This document shows positions 61,793 through 64,000 of a DNA stretch of 64,000 nucleotides, in pieces; within the stretch, counting starts at the first letter, position 1, and every line of letters begins with the position of its first letter. The stretch is from Raja brachyura (taxonomy: Eukaryota). The position numbers and the translations under genes were made by a program. The stretch lies in NCBI GenBank assembly GCA_963514005.1, contig OY740791.1, positions 39,866,001 through 39,930,000 on the forward strand. The letters are read 5' to 3'. The notes under the pieces were generated by a model. It saw only the letters and a list, made by a program, of their open reading frames with translations, was not told the origin of the DNA and made no database searches.

Positions 61793-62827
61793 TAGGTATG
61801 TTACAATACCTACCTTTAGCAGCGCTGCAGTTCTGCCGCTCCCCGTGTGCGTGACTTTGGCGCCTTTCAGAGGGGGGCGGGTTTAAAATGCCGTTTTTCC
61901 CTCGACAGTCCAAATCGATCCATGTCGGGCGATTTCGTCGCTAAAGAGAAATCACTCCGACATTTCATTCATTAAGCTATTTTTAAACTACGCTAGATTA
62001 TTTATTAACTAGAGTAGTTTAAAAATTACCTTCTAAACCCGGTGAAAGCTGATAGCAGAACAGACCTAACGTACGCGATAAAAGAAGGTACACAGTTTAT
62101 TTTTACATAAAAACGTGGTTCTTAGGAAGCATTTAATCACATTTTCATGTTGCGAAAAGGGGACAAACAAAATGTATGAACCAGCTGTATTTTTCATACC
62201 GACTTCACCGCAAACCACAACGTTCCAATCCACCACATTCCACTAAAACCCACTTGCTAGTTGATTTAAATGGCCATTAATTTACAGGCATTACACACTA
62301 AATTCCTTCCATTTGGCCTATAAATTCATGAAAATGAGATTTTAAAATCATGTTATATTGTGGATTATTGTGTGAATGTTATTTGGACACTTAGGCAATT
62401 TAAAAAAGTTTATTTTTTCTTAAGAAATGGATAGATGTTTAGATCTAGTAATTGAATTTTGTAATTAGCAACAATTAGATAACTAACTAATTATATGCTT
62501 TAATTTCAGGTCATCCAAGTAAGATTGTTTCATATTTGTTTCAGAATGCTTCAATCTATAATAACTGAAATTTTCATTGCGTTCTCTTAATTTTTAAGAA
62601 AGTTATGGGCTTTTGACCGTTCTAGATCACAGCTTTTGAGTTAAGTCAATGGAAAGGCAATGGGGAACAAGATGCTAATTTTCGAGTATGAAAATGGCCA
62701 TAAATTTTTTTAATACTGAAGATATGAAAGTGAATTAGGTTTCAAATTAAACTGCTTTTTATGCCTTATCTGATTGGATAAATTGCAGACTTGATTTTTT
62801 AAATCTCAAAATTTTGTAACATTGCTA
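61793..62827. mobile_element. Non-autonomous cut-and-paste DNA transposon nested in the foldback element
   Basis: TIRs taggtatgttacaa / ttgtaacattgcta; flanking duplication catatgc / catttgc; the empty site aataacatatgccggaag is seen at about 38635. Confidence 0.8.
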
Positions 62828-62906
62828 CATTTGCCGGAAGTTAGGATGTCCTCCAGATGGATTGAGCGGCTCCGTGCGTCACGCCCTTTGACCCAGTGAC
62901 CTTCCG

Positions 62907-64000
62907 TGCTCCCCGCTCTTCGACACAAGAGGCAGCTTAACCCACTCGCATCTTCGAACCTGGGAGAAAACCAGAACACGAGGGGAAACTGGTGGAGAAC
63001 CTGCGAACTCCACGCAGGTGGCACTGGCGGGTGGGATCGAACCTGGGTGACTACAGCTGTGAGGAAACTGCCGGGTATCCTCGCACTGGTGATCCGGTGA
63101 CAAGGGCCACTCGACCTGAAACAGTCCGGGAAAAGACAGTTATAGCCGGCGCTGAGTGATGAGATGGGGAGAGGCCACAGTGTGACAACCCGTCCCAGCG
63201 CTGAGAAAATGAGCCCGTTACCGCATGCGGCAATTGGGAATATAGTGAAAGGGTTTCTATTTATCGGGATGTGCGTATTGCAGGCAGATCCAGTATTTAC
63301 CCCCCAACCCCATTTTATCCCAGGGTAAGTGGTGGCGAGCGGCCGTCTCCAATCGCTGCATTTCTGTAGCAGCTTTGACACAACCGGTCGGCTTGTGAAG
63401 CAATTTCAGGGACGGACACGGGGACATATGGGACAGGGACTGACACACATTGTGTTCCCTGAATGACTCCTGGGAAGCAAATATTTTCGTCTCTTGACAT
63501 TTTGTTCACATTTCATTTCATTCGATTCCAAACTCCCCGGGTAGGACCGGAACAAACAATTCGGGTCACAGCTCCAGCCTTTGGTCTATTTGTCGTTAAC
63601 AAACCCATTGAGCTGACAAAACCAGTGGAACAGATTCGGAGCCGAATATCCTCAATGCCGTCAGATCAGCGCCGACCTGAACTTCAACTCCAACCCCGTT
63701 AGTTCACCCCTCGACCTTCTCAACTCCAGGGGACGGAGCCCGTCCTCGCGATCAGACCCGGCATCACTCGGTGACTCGGCTGGACCCCCTCGGGCCCCTC
63801 GGTTACGCACAGACAGACACATCTCACTTACTGCATTCCAGGGATTTTAAATAACACGATTTGACAAAACAATTCAATTCCTGACTCGGAAACGTACCTA
63901 AAATAAGAGATACTACGATCAAATGAGCCACACCGCCAGTAACAACCATCGCGCTGGACACTGTAGTGCTGGAGTAACTCAGCGGGTCAGGCAGCATTTC
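62907..64000 (-). pseudogene. TIM paralog (copy B) with most of the IgV exon deleted
   Basis: Near-identical to 40078-41520 but lacking about 40241-40603; junction gtgaggaaactg|ccgggtatcc; only the acceptor and GRVALVTGSPVRGYP remain. Confidence 0.92.

Larger units (their letters stand above)
45820..64000. repeat. Tandem segmental duplicate (copy B) of about 27960-41520 (copy A)
   Basis: Collinear blocks: 27985-28415/45825-46245, 28700-30630/56030-57027, 31215-31800/58981-59570, 31810-32620/60260-61060, 40078-41520/62907-64000. Confidence 0.92.

Overview
Repeat-dense vertebrate genomic DNA. The CR1, Rex1, L1, Tc1, DIRS and Helitron repertoire suggests a cartilaginous fish, probably a skate or ray (inference). 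The main host gene is a minus-strand TIM/HAVCR-family receptor that assembles from phase-compatible GT-AG exons: IgV 40301-40648, mucin 30937-31020, stalk 15459-15520, TM 6659-6767 and a probable last exon from 5787. Its TM segment carries an Arg and its tail is very short. No leader exon was identified. Its introns hold a tandem pair of DIRS elements (one near-intact), a young three-LTR CsRn1-type Gypsy element, Tc1, Harbinger and CR1 relics. A tandem segmental duplicate of the TIM 5' half (about 45.8-64 kb) is pseudogenised. Inside that duplicate, a 7.56-kb segment (47283-54840) with Helitron ends splits a CR1 LINE exactly at an A|T dinucleotide and carries an intact, orphan PD-1-like IgV exon. 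This looks like Helitron capture of an immune-receptor exon and its delivery upstream of the TIM gene. All alignments were done by eye, so repeat boundaries and identities are approximate.
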